IMG/VR virus record: IMGVR_UViG_3300022698_000177
Location: 1-40,598 of that record
Reading direction: 5' to 3' (one strand)
Origin: a virus
Taxonomy: Duplodnaviria > Caudoviricetes
Length of the DNA stretch: 40,598 nt
Shown here: piece by piece, positions 10,038 through 18,439 of the stretch
Position numbering within the stretch: the first letter of the stretch is position 1
How the letters are laid out: every line of letters starts with the position of its first letter
The notes under the pieces: model-generated
Seen by the model: the letters and a program-made list of their open reading frames with translations, nothing else
The model's database searches: none
What the model was told of the DNA's origin: nothing
Program-made: the position numbers and the translations under genes

Positions 10038-10381
10038 TTTTTGATCTCCCTTCTCAATCTCTGTGATAGAGATTTCACGAGTCTTTTTCTCATTGTTTCA
10101 CGAAATAGTTTCATACGTCCTTTGAATATATGATGAACTATTATTTCACATGCTATATTAAGAACCTCGGATGTATCATTGACTTGGCCTCTTGGACCGT
10201 ATCTATTTTTCTCTAAGGTTATTTGACCATCAATATCTTGAAGTAGGATGATTGTAGATTTTTCTACAGCTTTTCTGCTGATATATTGTGAACCCACATA
10301 TCTCTTTACTGCTTTTTGTGTTGGTACTCCCCAATTACAATCATCATCCTCTATCCACGGAGGAACTATTGTTGGTGCCAT
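10034..10381 (-). CDS. Hypothetical protein with DnaB C-terminal-like motif
   Basis: 115 aa. ITLEKNRYGPRG resembles the DnaB arginine-finger motif (AKNRNGPTG), but there are no Walker motifs. Confidence 0.45.
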   Translation of the reverse strand: MAPTIVPPWIEDDDCNWGVPTQKAVKRYVGSQYISRKAVEKSTIILLQDIDGQITLEKNRYGPRGQVNDTSEVLNIACEIIVHHIFKGRMKLFRETMRKRLVKSLSQRLRREIKK

Positions 10382-10980
10382 TATACCCTCTTCGCTTGAA
10401 ATCGCATATAGATATCTCGACCATCAAATTCATATGGGGAAGCCATCTTGTGAACTTGAAATCTGTTTTCAAGTTCAAAGAATTTAACTGCTCTTGATGG
10501 AGTCCAAAGAGATGCATGAGGGCAACCTGGTTCATTTACAATTTCAGTAGTGAGAAGAATATTGTTAGATTCAAAATTTGGACTATAAACATCTTCTTCT
10601 AACAGCATCCTTGCAAGGATTTCATAATTTGGAACGATAATATCAACGACGCTTCCTTTTCTTGTGATTGTTGATAGAAGATAGATGAAATACAATAATC
10701 TATCGAAAGGAACATGCTCAAGAAAACGATAGATACACACAATATCAAATATCAATCTTGTTCGTTCCATAAATTCATATGCATCTTCATTGCAAAAACA
10801 CTCATATGTATCTCTCTTTGTTCGGTTTGAATTCCAAACTAAAGCATCTTGTTCAATTGTTTTTGGTGAATATGCTGAGTAATAAGATGTATCCAAGTTT
10901 ACAAGGAAGTATGATTCAACCAGTTTATTCAATACCGATAATGGTTTTTGTTTTCCTGCTGCTACATTGAGAATTTTCAT
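10381..10980 (-). CDS. Class I SAM-dependent methyltransferase-like protein
   Basis: N-terminal KILNVAAG (motif I), NLD, FLEHVP and IIVPN. Confidence 0.65.
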   Translation of the reverse strand: MKILNVAAGKQKPLSVLNKLVESYFLVNLDTSYYSAYSPKTIEQDALVWNSNRTKRDTYECFCNEDAYEFMERTRLIFDIVCIYRFLEHVPFDRLLYFIYLLSTITRKGSVVDIIVPNYEILARMLLEEDVYSPNFESNNILLTTEIVNEPGCPHASLWTPSRAVKFFELENRFQVHKMASPYEFDGRDIYMRFQAKRV

Positions 10981-10983
10981 ATA

Positions 10984-11715
10984 TTACCTCACGAATTCTG
11001 TTATTATACTTTTAGTAAATGGAGCTATATACAACTGAAAATATCTTTCTTTGTCAATATCATCTGTATCAATGACTCTTAGAGTTCTTTCTGATATTTC
11101 CATTTCCCCATAACCTTTTAGAAAGATATTGATTTTTCCATTGCTCAATGGAATACCGAATAATTTTTCATTGGTCGAACTCATAAAGTTATCTTTTATT
11201 TTTTGAAGATTCCTGAAAATAGAATCCTTATTTGCGTAATTGATTTTACAAATTTGTTTGTAAACATTATCCATTTCATCATAACGAAACGAAACACCTT
11301 TAACTGTTATTTGATTGCTATCATCTAAAGCAATATATGTTCGTCTATCTATTGATGAAATGAATATCAAAAAATGTTGTCTGATGTTCAATGGAACATG
11401 ATGGATGTTTGTTTCTGTCAATCTTTTTGTGATTATTATACCATCGTACTGTCTTAGAATAATATTGTCTTCCTGGATATTATTCCTTGAAATGTATTCG
11501 TTAATGATTGATCTCGTTGTGTTTCTTAATAGAGATGTTAATTTTGGATTCTTTCTCATCATTTTACCGATTTGAATATTTCTTTCAAGTTTATTATCTA
11601 AATCGATTCCTGATAAATCAAGATCCAATTTTTTCATTATTGTATAATGACAGGCTTCAATGTCATATAGAAATACATCTCTTTGAATCAATTTTGTGTT
11701 TGGGTTTATATTCAT
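10984..11715 (-). CDS. Compact family-B DNA polymerase-like protein (palm/thumb only)
   Basis: FLYDIEACHY (motif A-like), RQYDGII (motif C-like), TVKGV, and C-terminal DIDKERYF. No exonuclease domain in 243 aa. Confidence 0.5.
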   Translation of the reverse strand: MNINPNTKLIQRDVFLYDIEACHYTIMKKLDLDLSGIDLDNKLERNIQIGKMMRKNPKLTSLLRNTTRSIINEYISRNNIQEDNIILRQYDGIIITKRLTETNIHHVPLNIRQHFLIFISSIDRRTYIALDDSNQITVKGVSFRYDEMDNVYKQICKINYANKDSIFRNLQKIKDNFMSSTNEKLFGIPLSNGKINIFLKGYGEMEISERTLRVIDTDDIDKERYFQLYIAPFTKSIITEFVR

Positions 11716-11723
11716 AGTGAAGA

Positions 11724-11802
11724 TGGTAAGGCAGACTATGGATCCGGCGGAACGTATTCGCCGGTGGAGATGAAGAACGATCCTTTTACGTCTGCCTTAC
11801 CA
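11724..11802. ncRNA. Structured GC-rich intergenic element (nested stems), unclassified
   Basis: Perfect 13-bp stem (TGGTAAGGCAGAC 11724-11736 with GTCTGCCTTACCA 11790-11802), inner GGATC/GATCC pair and a CCGGCG/CGCCGG hairpin. Confidence 0.45.
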
Positions 11803-11808
11803 AATCCT

Positions 11809-12558
11809 TTACGCTAAGATATTAATAATGACTCCATCGATTTGCAGATGGTGATTGATGTCTGTAACTTCTGCTTGGCGTGCAAGAAGCCATTCAACAA
11901 CGTCATTATTTGTAGTGAGTTCATCAATTGCTTTTGCGCTCTGTTTGTAAAGCAATTGAAGTGCTTCGAGATCAGCATTCAGAAGTAGCTTGGCTGATGC
12001 ATCCGCTGAATTGTGTGTCAATACTTCGACTTCCGTATCTTTCTTTTTGACGCGGGTTGTTGCATACGGGATCAATTTTCCATCAATGTTGTTACAGAAT
12101 ACACAGATCAATCCTGTTCGAACTCCATAACTTTTGATATAGATATCGTTCTCGTATGCATTGACGATACAGAAGCCATTGTTGTAAACATCCATCGATA
12201 GACCAGGAAGATTTAAGACCGGATGAACATCTGCATTTTCAAATACACGAAGTCTTCTTGAATCTGGTTCTTCCGAACCTTCTTCATTCGATTGATCTTT
12301 CACAGCCATGATCAATGTTTTTGTTGGATCAACTCCACGAATTGCAACTTTGACTTGATTGATGTTATCAAATCTGTCGCAATTTTGCTCGAACCACGGA
12401 GTCAATTGTGTAATACCAATAGTTTGTGTTTGAGGTTCTTCTGCTTCTTGTGTGGTTACTTCATCTTCGGGAATGTCAAGTTCATTTTCCGAGAACATTA
12501 CCTGATCTTCCGTTGGTGCATCTTTTACCATGCGGGATAAATTTTCACTCGTGTTCAT
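11809..12558 (-). CDS. Hypothetical protein
   Basis: 249-aa ORF with AGGAG RBS and an acidic N-terminus. Confidence 0.75.
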   Translation of the reverse strand: MNTSENLSRMVKDAPTEDQVMFSENELDIPEDEVTTQEAEEPQTQTIGITQLTPWFEQNCDRFDNINQVKVAIRGVDPTKTLIMAVKDQSNEEGSEEPDSRRLRVFENADVHPVLNLPGLSMDVYNNGFCIVNAYENDIYIKSYGVRTGLICVFCNNIDGKLIPYATTRVKKKDTEVEVLTHNSADASAKLLLNADLEALQLLYKQSAKAIDELTTNNDVVEWLLARQAEVTDINHHLQIDGVIINILA

Positions 12559-12943
12559 TCGTTTTTGTCTCCTTTACACAGATATCTTTCCACTTCTTTG
12601 AATCCTCTTCTGGATTCACTCTCCATTGATTGGCATCGATTTTAGCAAATGATTCTATAGAAGCCCCTGCTAGAGCCATAATTTTGATAACTTCTTCATA
12701 TGCCTTTACTGGTGCTACTCCATTATTTTCAAATTCTTTACAGGTTAATAACCAGGGTGGTAAATCCCTTTCCCACACCCCTGAATATGCTGCAATAGCT
12801 TTGTTTACATAATGTTTTAGGAATACCAAGAAGCTTGGAAGACTAAGAGATGGATCGTCTTGATATTCCCCAAAGACACTTCTTTCATACTCGCGCTCTT
12901 TCATGTAAAGGCGCATCATGTTGAGTTCATTTTCAGGTGACAT
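12545..12943 (-). CDS. Possible MazG-like all-alpha nucleotide pyrophosphatase
   Basis: KEREYERSVFG...EEVIKIMALAGASIE resembles the ER..Q..K.G / ELIQVAAVAVA pattern of phage MazG-like proteins. The acidic metal-binding motif is degenerate. Confidence 0.4.
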   Translation of the reverse strand: MSPENELNMMRLYMKEREYERSVFGEYQDDPSLSLPSFLVFLKHYVNKAIAAYSGVWERDLPPWLLTCKEFENNGVAPVKAYEEVIKIMALAGASIESFAKIDANQWRVNPEEDSKKWKDICVKETKTNEHE

Positions 12944-12953
12944 GAAATCTCCT

Positions 12954-13673
12954 TCAAGATAATAATCGACTTACATATTCTGCGTTTTTTCTTAGCTTGT
13001 CATGATAATCTGGCATGTATTCAAGAACTAATGTGCCGTTCCATTTGTATCGATTTTTTAAGTCTTTTACGAATCCAACCAAATTTAAATCGCCTTTTTC
13101 TGAATTGAAAGGTAGATGTTGTCCGTATTTTCTTGATCTATTTGATAGATGAATTACAGTTGTGTGATCCAAAAGGAACCCCATAATTTTATAATCAAAC
13201 CAAATGTCTTCAATGTGACTTGTATCGATACACATACTAACGTGAGGATAATATCGAATGCATTTATCAATTATTTCTAATGGACTTTTTAGTTCTTTTT
13301 TCTTCTTCCATTGAAAGGTTTCAATTGCTAATCTATATGGAACTGTTCCTGGATGCAATTTATTCTCTAAATAAAACATCAAGAAACGTTTAATATTTTT
13401 ATTCGGATGTATAATAAAATCAGTTGTTCCATAAGTATGATTCCATAATGCCATCAATGACAAAATTTCAGTTGGCTCTCTTTTTGTTGTATCTAAAGGA
13501 AGATGAAAAACAGGAACTTGTGTGCCAATTTTATTTAAAATTGTTAAGATGTATTCTTCTTGCTCTTTAAATCTATCGTATTTGTATGCTGCTAATTGAA
13601 TAGAGTCGGGAACTTCTTCTAATTTGTATCTATTATCTTCACCGAATCCATATGAGATTGCAACTCTTATCAT
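12954..13673 (-). CDS. Xylose isomerase-like TIM barrel (AP endonuclease 2 / sugar phosphate isomerase family)
   Basis: Metal-binding motifs LAIET, CIDTSH, IHLSN, QHLPF and LVLEY. Confidence 0.7.
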   Translation of the reverse strand: MIRVAISYGFGEDNRYKLEEVPDSIQLAAYKYDRFKEQEEYILTILNKIGTQVPVFHLPLDTTKREPTEILSLMALWNHTYGTTDFIIHPNKNIKRFLMFYLENKLHPGTVPYRLAIETFQWKKKKELKSPLEIIDKCIRYYPHVSMCIDTSHIEDIWFDYKIMGFLLDHTTVIHLSNRSRKYGQHLPFNSEKGDLNLVGFVKDLKNRYKWNGTLVLEYMPDYHDKLRKNAEYVSRLLS

Positions 13674-14578
13674 AGATAACGCCTTCCGTCAAATCCCCCA
13701 TGAATCCCTTTCCAATTTATGGCAATTGCTTCAGATGTATGTATTGATTCCTCATGACTGCATTTTACAATCCAATCGATAACCCCATCTATATTATCAA
13801 TTGATTTGGAAATTGATCTGATTGCATCTTCGACAAACATTGGGTTCTCTGCTGCAATTCTTCCAATTTCTTGTTCGTCAACCCTCTTTATGATTGGGTA
13901 TGGCAGGGTTGGTAAAACGCTTTCTACTTGTTCAATAATATCTTCAAGCCAAATGTAATTACTACCATTTGTATCGACCTCAACGATAATATCAGCAAAT
14001 GATCTTTGATTGTGAGGATAACCTTTTCCATCCAAAGCATTGCATAACTCAGCAGAACAAGGACAGTATGATGCGTATTGAATTTTTACTCCTTGAAAGA
14101 AACGATAATACCACTTTCTGATTTTCGTAACTTTATCAAGGTCTGTCATTTCAACATCATAAAGCTGACCTTCAAATCTGCAATTGTAATAAATTGGAAA
14201 TTCATTATCAGAGATTAATGACTTTCTTTTGATTGGTAATTTAAAATCGAATGTCATATATGCTGCTGATTTGCCTGGTTCACTGCTTTCTCCGACATTT
14301 TTAATCAGTTCTTCAAGTATCTGTTTTATCAGTAAACTTTTCAGTGGCAAATCAAGGTACGGTTTCAATGTAAGTAGGAGTCTCGACATTGAAATGCCTT
14401 TTATGTCTGCATCAAGACTTGTCCTTAATGCAACATTAGCTGTCATCTGATGGAACCCTCCATATTTTGATTCCAGCTTAAATGGCACTTGAACATTTTC
14501 AACTCCTACTTGCATGATAGGGAGTTTTACATTAGGTTCTGTACATTGTACATCAGGTAAACACTCACTTGTTGTCAT
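13670..14578 (-). CDS. folE2: GTP cyclohydrolase type IB (FolE2/MptA)
   Basis: PDVQ, VGVENV, KGISMSRL, CPCS, HNQRS, ENPMFVEDAIR and ESIH. Confidence 0.92.
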   Translation of the reverse strand: MTTSECLPDVQCTEPNVKLPIMQVGVENVQVPFKLESKYGGFHQMTANVALRTSLDADIKGISMSRLLLTLKPYLDLPLKSLLIKQILEELIKNVGESSEPGKSAAYMTFDFKLPIKRKSLISDNEFPIYYNCRFEGQLYDVEMTDLDKVTKIRKWYYRFFQGVKIQYASYCPCSAELCNALDGKGYPHNQRSFADIIVEVDTNGSNYIWLEDIIEQVESVLPTLPYPIIKRVDEQEIGRIAAENPMFVEDAIRSISKSIDNIDGVIDWIVKCSHEESIHTSEAIAINWKGIHGGFDGRRYL

Positions 14579-14593
14579 ATATTATGATCCCCC

Positions 14594-14845
14594 TTACATA
14601 GTAAAATACACATCCGTCACTTTATCTTTCCATGCTTCAAAATCTTGAGCTGATATTTGTGAATCAGGCATAACATCTAGATTGTGTTCTCTATCATTTT
14701 CACATGCGAAATAAATAGCATCATCTCGCATTAAATTATCAACTCTTGTTAGATTATAATCTTCATCGATTGAATAAACTTCATCGTTTCTTTCACGAAC
14801 GAATAAAATTTCGCCTCCACATTGAGGACAATACATTTTTCTCAT
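14594..14845 (-). CDS. Small zinc-ribbon protein
   Basis: CPQC...CENDREH. ATGA-type overlap with the upstream gene. Confidence 0.65.
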   Translation of the reverse strand: MRKMYCPQCGGEILFVRERNDEVYSIDEDYNLTRVDNLMRDDAIYFACENDREHNLDVMPDSQISAQDFEAWKDKVTDVYFTM

Positions 14846-15252
14846 ACATCTAAATCCTCAGGATTGAAATGAAATGGCTGCTCTTCTTTTTCTGCTTCTT
14901 GTATCTTTTTAGCTTTCTGCTCTTCAGCCATTCTCATTTCAGCTTTTAGTGCCTCAATATCGAGATTTATTTTATCCATCTCAGCTTGCAACTCTTCTTT
15001 TACTCTGAGTGGTATTTTATATTTTGTTATCATATCATATTTCATTTCAATCTGTGGTTCGGGAATTTCTCTTTCTATACCAATGCATGTATCGAATCCT
15101 TCAGGAACTGTTGACGATGCATCACCAAATGGTTTTTGCATTAAATATTGGTCGAATACATTATTTGCTTTTATTGGTGTGTCAAGATATTTACTCACAA
15201 AATCTCTATCATTGTCTCCAGTTCCATAGAAATATTTATCTCTTGTGCTCAT
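14842..15252 (-). CDS. Hypothetical protein with C-terminal coiled coil
   Basis: 136-aa ORF translationally coupled to the RNAP beta stop. Confidence 0.7.
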   Translation of the reverse strand: MSTRDKYFYGTGDNDRDFVSKYLDTPIKANNVFDQYLMQKPFGDASSTVPEGFDTCIGIEREIPEPQIEMKYDMITKYKIPLRVKEELQAEMDKINLDIEALKAEMRMAEEQKAKKIQEAEKEEQPFHFNPEDLDV

Positions 15253-18251
15253 TTGTGTTCAACTCCTATGACTGTCAAATAGGAATTCATCAATTTAACT
15301 GATTCTGGAACCATATCCAATTCTTTCGAATCATCTGTCATTTGTGATTCAATAACGTTGCGAATGTAAGAGTTTTTCAAATCGATACAATCTGATTTGG
15401 TTGTTAAGAATTCATGTAGATTACAAGGAGCATCATGCCCGATCAAACATGCGGTTTCCATTTCACCACATCTCTGACCTCCCTTATTCTTTCTTCCTCC
15501 TAATGGTTGTAATGTTCTTCTGGCATATGCGCCAATCCCTCTTGCAGCTAATTTCTCTTCTGCAATATGAACCATACGGAAGAAGTAAATGTAACCAACC
15601 GCAATTCGATTGATCAATTCAACTTTAGAAACAGGATCTTGTATTTTGTATTTGAATTCAGCTCCTGTGTATTCCATTGCTGCTTCAACATGTTGTAATT
15701 TACATGATTGAAATGGAGCTTGGATGATCGTAAAATTTTCAATAAATTCTTTTGTTATCTTTTTTGGCATTTGTGTAACAAACTGTTCGGAATACCAATT
15801 CCCTTCGGTTTGATCAATTATATTAATGAATCCTAAAAGATATTTTTTAATTTCTTTTTGTGGAGCTTTATCATCAATCATTTGCAGAATATTTGTTTTT
15901 AATGTTTCCACTGCCATTGCTAAATGTAACTCATACAGCTGACCGATATTCATACGAGAGATTATACCCAGAGGATTGATACAAATATCCAAATGCCTTC
16001 CATCTGGTAATTGTGGCATTTTATCATGAGGAACAATTCTTGAAATCACTCCCTTGTTTCCATGTCGATTTGCCATTTTATCGCCAACCTTCACACGACG
16101 AAAGTGGACACCATACATTTCAACTTGAATGCCATTAATCTTTTCTCTCTTTTGTTTATATTTTCCAACAAACGAGAACTTATCAAGACCTTGTTCTCTT
16201 ATTGTTTTCATTGCCTGGTCTTTTGGCATAACTGATTTTAGGACCTTCTGAATATCTTTTTCTCGGTCCCTTTGATTTGCAAGTCTTTCTTCGACCCATT
16301 CTTTAAATTCTGGAACTTCCTCATTCCAATAGTTTCCAAACAAATTGACTTCTGAAATGATGAAATTCTTTTTTGCTTCCAATTGGACTGGTTCTGAAAA
16401 CACAGAGTAATGCTCATCTGAATTCAATTTCTTTAAGATTGCATATGGGTCGCCTGCATTAATTGTTTCAAGTTCATCAGGTAGTGGTTTGTATTTATCA
16501 TCTTCTAATGATAACAATACTTTATCAGGTGTAATTGTAAATGATAAATCCTTATAGTGAACAGATGTCAAAATATCTTCTTTTACTAATCTTTCGGATA
16601 TGACAATTCCATCCTCATAATTGTTTCCATAGTAGACCATCACACCTGTAAGTAAATTTCGACCAATGTTTATACAACCGTTTGTACAGAAATTGCTTTC
16701 TGCTAAGATATCGCCAGCTTTGAATTTGTCTCCGGGACTAACATAGATATTAAGAAAATCCATGTGTTCAACGTAAATTTTTCTGTAACGAATATCAAAA
16801 AGATCAGCTTCCCCATCTTCATACATAACAATAATGAAGTTTTTATCGATATGAACAACTTCACCATCTTTCTTTGCAACCTTTACGAATTGCGTATATG
16901 GAGTATATAATCCTTCTGACCCTGAACTGATCAATGGAGTATCGAACTCTCTTAACATGATTGCTTGTCGCATCTGAGATGATGCCATTTGTAATCTTGT
17001 TTGGTCGTCATGTTTTAAGAATGGAGTCATTGAAACTGGTATTGAAATTGGGTGTTTATCTTGTGTATCTCTGGAGAATTTTAGCTTCTCATCTAAATTA
17101 ACGTTGGCTACTAAATTCTGTAATACTCCACAGTTATCTCGGTCAGGAGTATCGACCGGACACAAACGACCATACATTGTTGGACAAATATCTCTCAAAT
17201 GCTTCGGAATATTTTCTCTCTTGAAACCGCCAGGACCAAGAAGACTGATTCTTGATAGTTTCGTTAATTCTTCAATTGGATTGATTGAAAAATCAAACTG
17301 AACAATATCTGATACATTGCACTCCGAAAGTATCTGCGTTGAATTGATATTGAATTTTGGTTGTCTTGAAGTTCTATTGGAAAAGCATAAATCAAAAATG
17401 ATCTTTGAAATTTTTGCAATTACAACATATTCAAAACAACGAACTCTTTTATTTGTGAAAAGGGTATCATCAATTGATCCTGTTTTAAGTATTTCTGATA
17501 ACTCTTCAAGAATTGATTCTTTTTCCATGAATTGTCTGGACAATAAATCAACTTTCGGAATCAGATCAATTGCGTAAATTATGTCTTCGCCTTTTGATTT
17601 TGCATTGTATTTCGAATATTTTCTTCCAAGTTCAAGAATAAAATCGTCAGTTGTGTAACCAATCGATTCATCACAATAAACTTTTAAGTCGTGCCTTAAT
17701 ATTTCATATAGATTATCACTTTCGGGATCGATTTCTTCTTCTAAATCGTATTTTTCTTTTACTTCTTCGATTCCATAATATGCAAGAAGCAGAAGACCAA
17801 AAGGAATTTTCTTTCCAAGAAAACTCACTCTGATAAATGGAGCTTCCTTGTCTTTGAATATCATTAAGGTTGCCACATTTGTTCTCAGCTTTATAGTTTC
17901 ACCCCTTGTTACAACTGGAATGTCGAAAAGCTGAAATAAAGGAATTTTTCTTCTTCCATTGATATAAACATAATTCCCATCAATCAATTTTGGTATGAAT
18001 ATGCTCAGATCAATTTCAGAGGATCCTTTTTGTAATTTAATTGCCAATGTTTGTTTTAGAGTTTTTGCTAACTCTCCCGATGAAAAGCGTGAATCTTTTA
18101 AATTAATCTCATTGATTTGAAAACCAATTTCTTCAACGGGTTTAACTATTTCTTCTACTAAAGGTAAAATCTGGTCATAATCAAGCTGACGAAGTGTGAA
18201 AATATTTCTTTCATCGTCATTTATTGCTGCAAGTGGATTAATTATTTTCAA
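15249..18251 (-). CDS. rpoB: Phage multisubunit RNA polymerase beta subunit
   Basis: YINGRR, LGPGG, YGRLCPVDTP, HDDQTR..MASSQMRQA, NYEDGIVISER, GDKMANRHGNKGVIS, NPLGIISRMNIGQ and GGQRCGEME. TTG start. Confidence 0.95.
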   Translation of the reverse strand: MKIINPLAAINDDERNIFTLRQLDYDQILPLVEEIVKPVEEIGFQINEINLKDSRFSSGELAKTLKQTLAIKLQKGSSEIDLSIFIPKLIDGNYVYINGRRKIPLFQLFDIPVVTRGETIKLRTNVATLMIFKDKEAPFIRVSFLGKKIPFGLLLLAYYGIEEVKEKYDLEEEIDPESDNLYEILRHDLKVYCDESIGYTTDDFILELGRKYSKYNAKSKGEDIIYAIDLIPKVDLLSRQFMEKESILEELSEILKTGSIDDTLFTNKRVRCFEYVVIAKISKIIFDLCFSNRTSRQPKFNINSTQILSECNVSDIVQFDFSINPIEELTKLSRISLLGPGGFKRENIPKHLRDICPTMYGRLCPVDTPDRDNCGVLQNLVANVNLDEKLKFSRDTQDKHPISIPVSMTPFLKHDDQTRLQMASSQMRQAIMLREFDTPLISSGSEGLYTPYTQFVKVAKKDGEVVHIDKNFIIVMYEDGEADLFDIRYRKIYVEHMDFLNIYVSPGDKFKAGDILAESNFCTNGCINIGRNLLTGVMVYYGNNYEDGIVISERLVKEDILTSVHYKDLSFTITPDKVLLSLEDDKYKPLPDELETINAGDPYAILKKLNSDEHYSVFSEPVQLEAKKNFIISEVNLFGNYWNEEVPEFKEWVEERLANQRDREKDIQKVLKSVMPKDQAMKTIREQGLDKFSFVGKYKQKREKINGIQVEMYGVHFRRVKVGDKMANRHGNKGVISRIVPHDKMPQLPDGRHLDICINPLGIISRMNIGQLYELHLAMAVETLKTNILQMIDDKAPQKEIKKYLLGFINIIDQTEGNWYSEQFVTQMPKKITKEFIENFTIIQAPFQSCKLQHVEAAMEYTGAEFKYKIQDPVSKVELINRIAVGYIYFFRMVHIAEEKLAARGIGAYARRTLQPLGGRKNKGGQRCGEMETACLIGHDAPCNLHEFLTTKSDCIDLKNSYIRNVIESQMTDDSKELDMVPESVKLMNSYLTVIGVEHK

Positions 18252-18253
18252 GT

Positions 18254-18439
18254 TTAAATCCCCCTATCTTTACAGAACTTTTTCAATGCTTCCTCTAGAT
18301 TTGAATCTTCGACATAATAAGGATCGCCATTGAATTCAATTACATTCATTAATAGTTGTGTTAGTCGAAGGTCTGGATACGCATACCAGACCTTCTTGAC
18401 TAACCCAATGATTCTTTCAATTCGTTCTGGTTCTCTCAT
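18254..18439 (-). CDS. Small DUF1040/YihD-like protein
   Basis: MREPERI...W..YPDLRLTQLL motif, common in phage small proteins. Confidence 0.6.
   Translation of the reverse strand: MREPERIERIIGLVKKVWYAYPDLRLTQLLMNVIEFNGDPYYVEDSNLEEALKKFCKDRGI

Noticed and set aside
11724-11802. tRNA or hammerhead ribozyme
   Set aside because: No cloverleaf or TTC-loop pattern, and no CUGAUGA/GAAA core on either strand.
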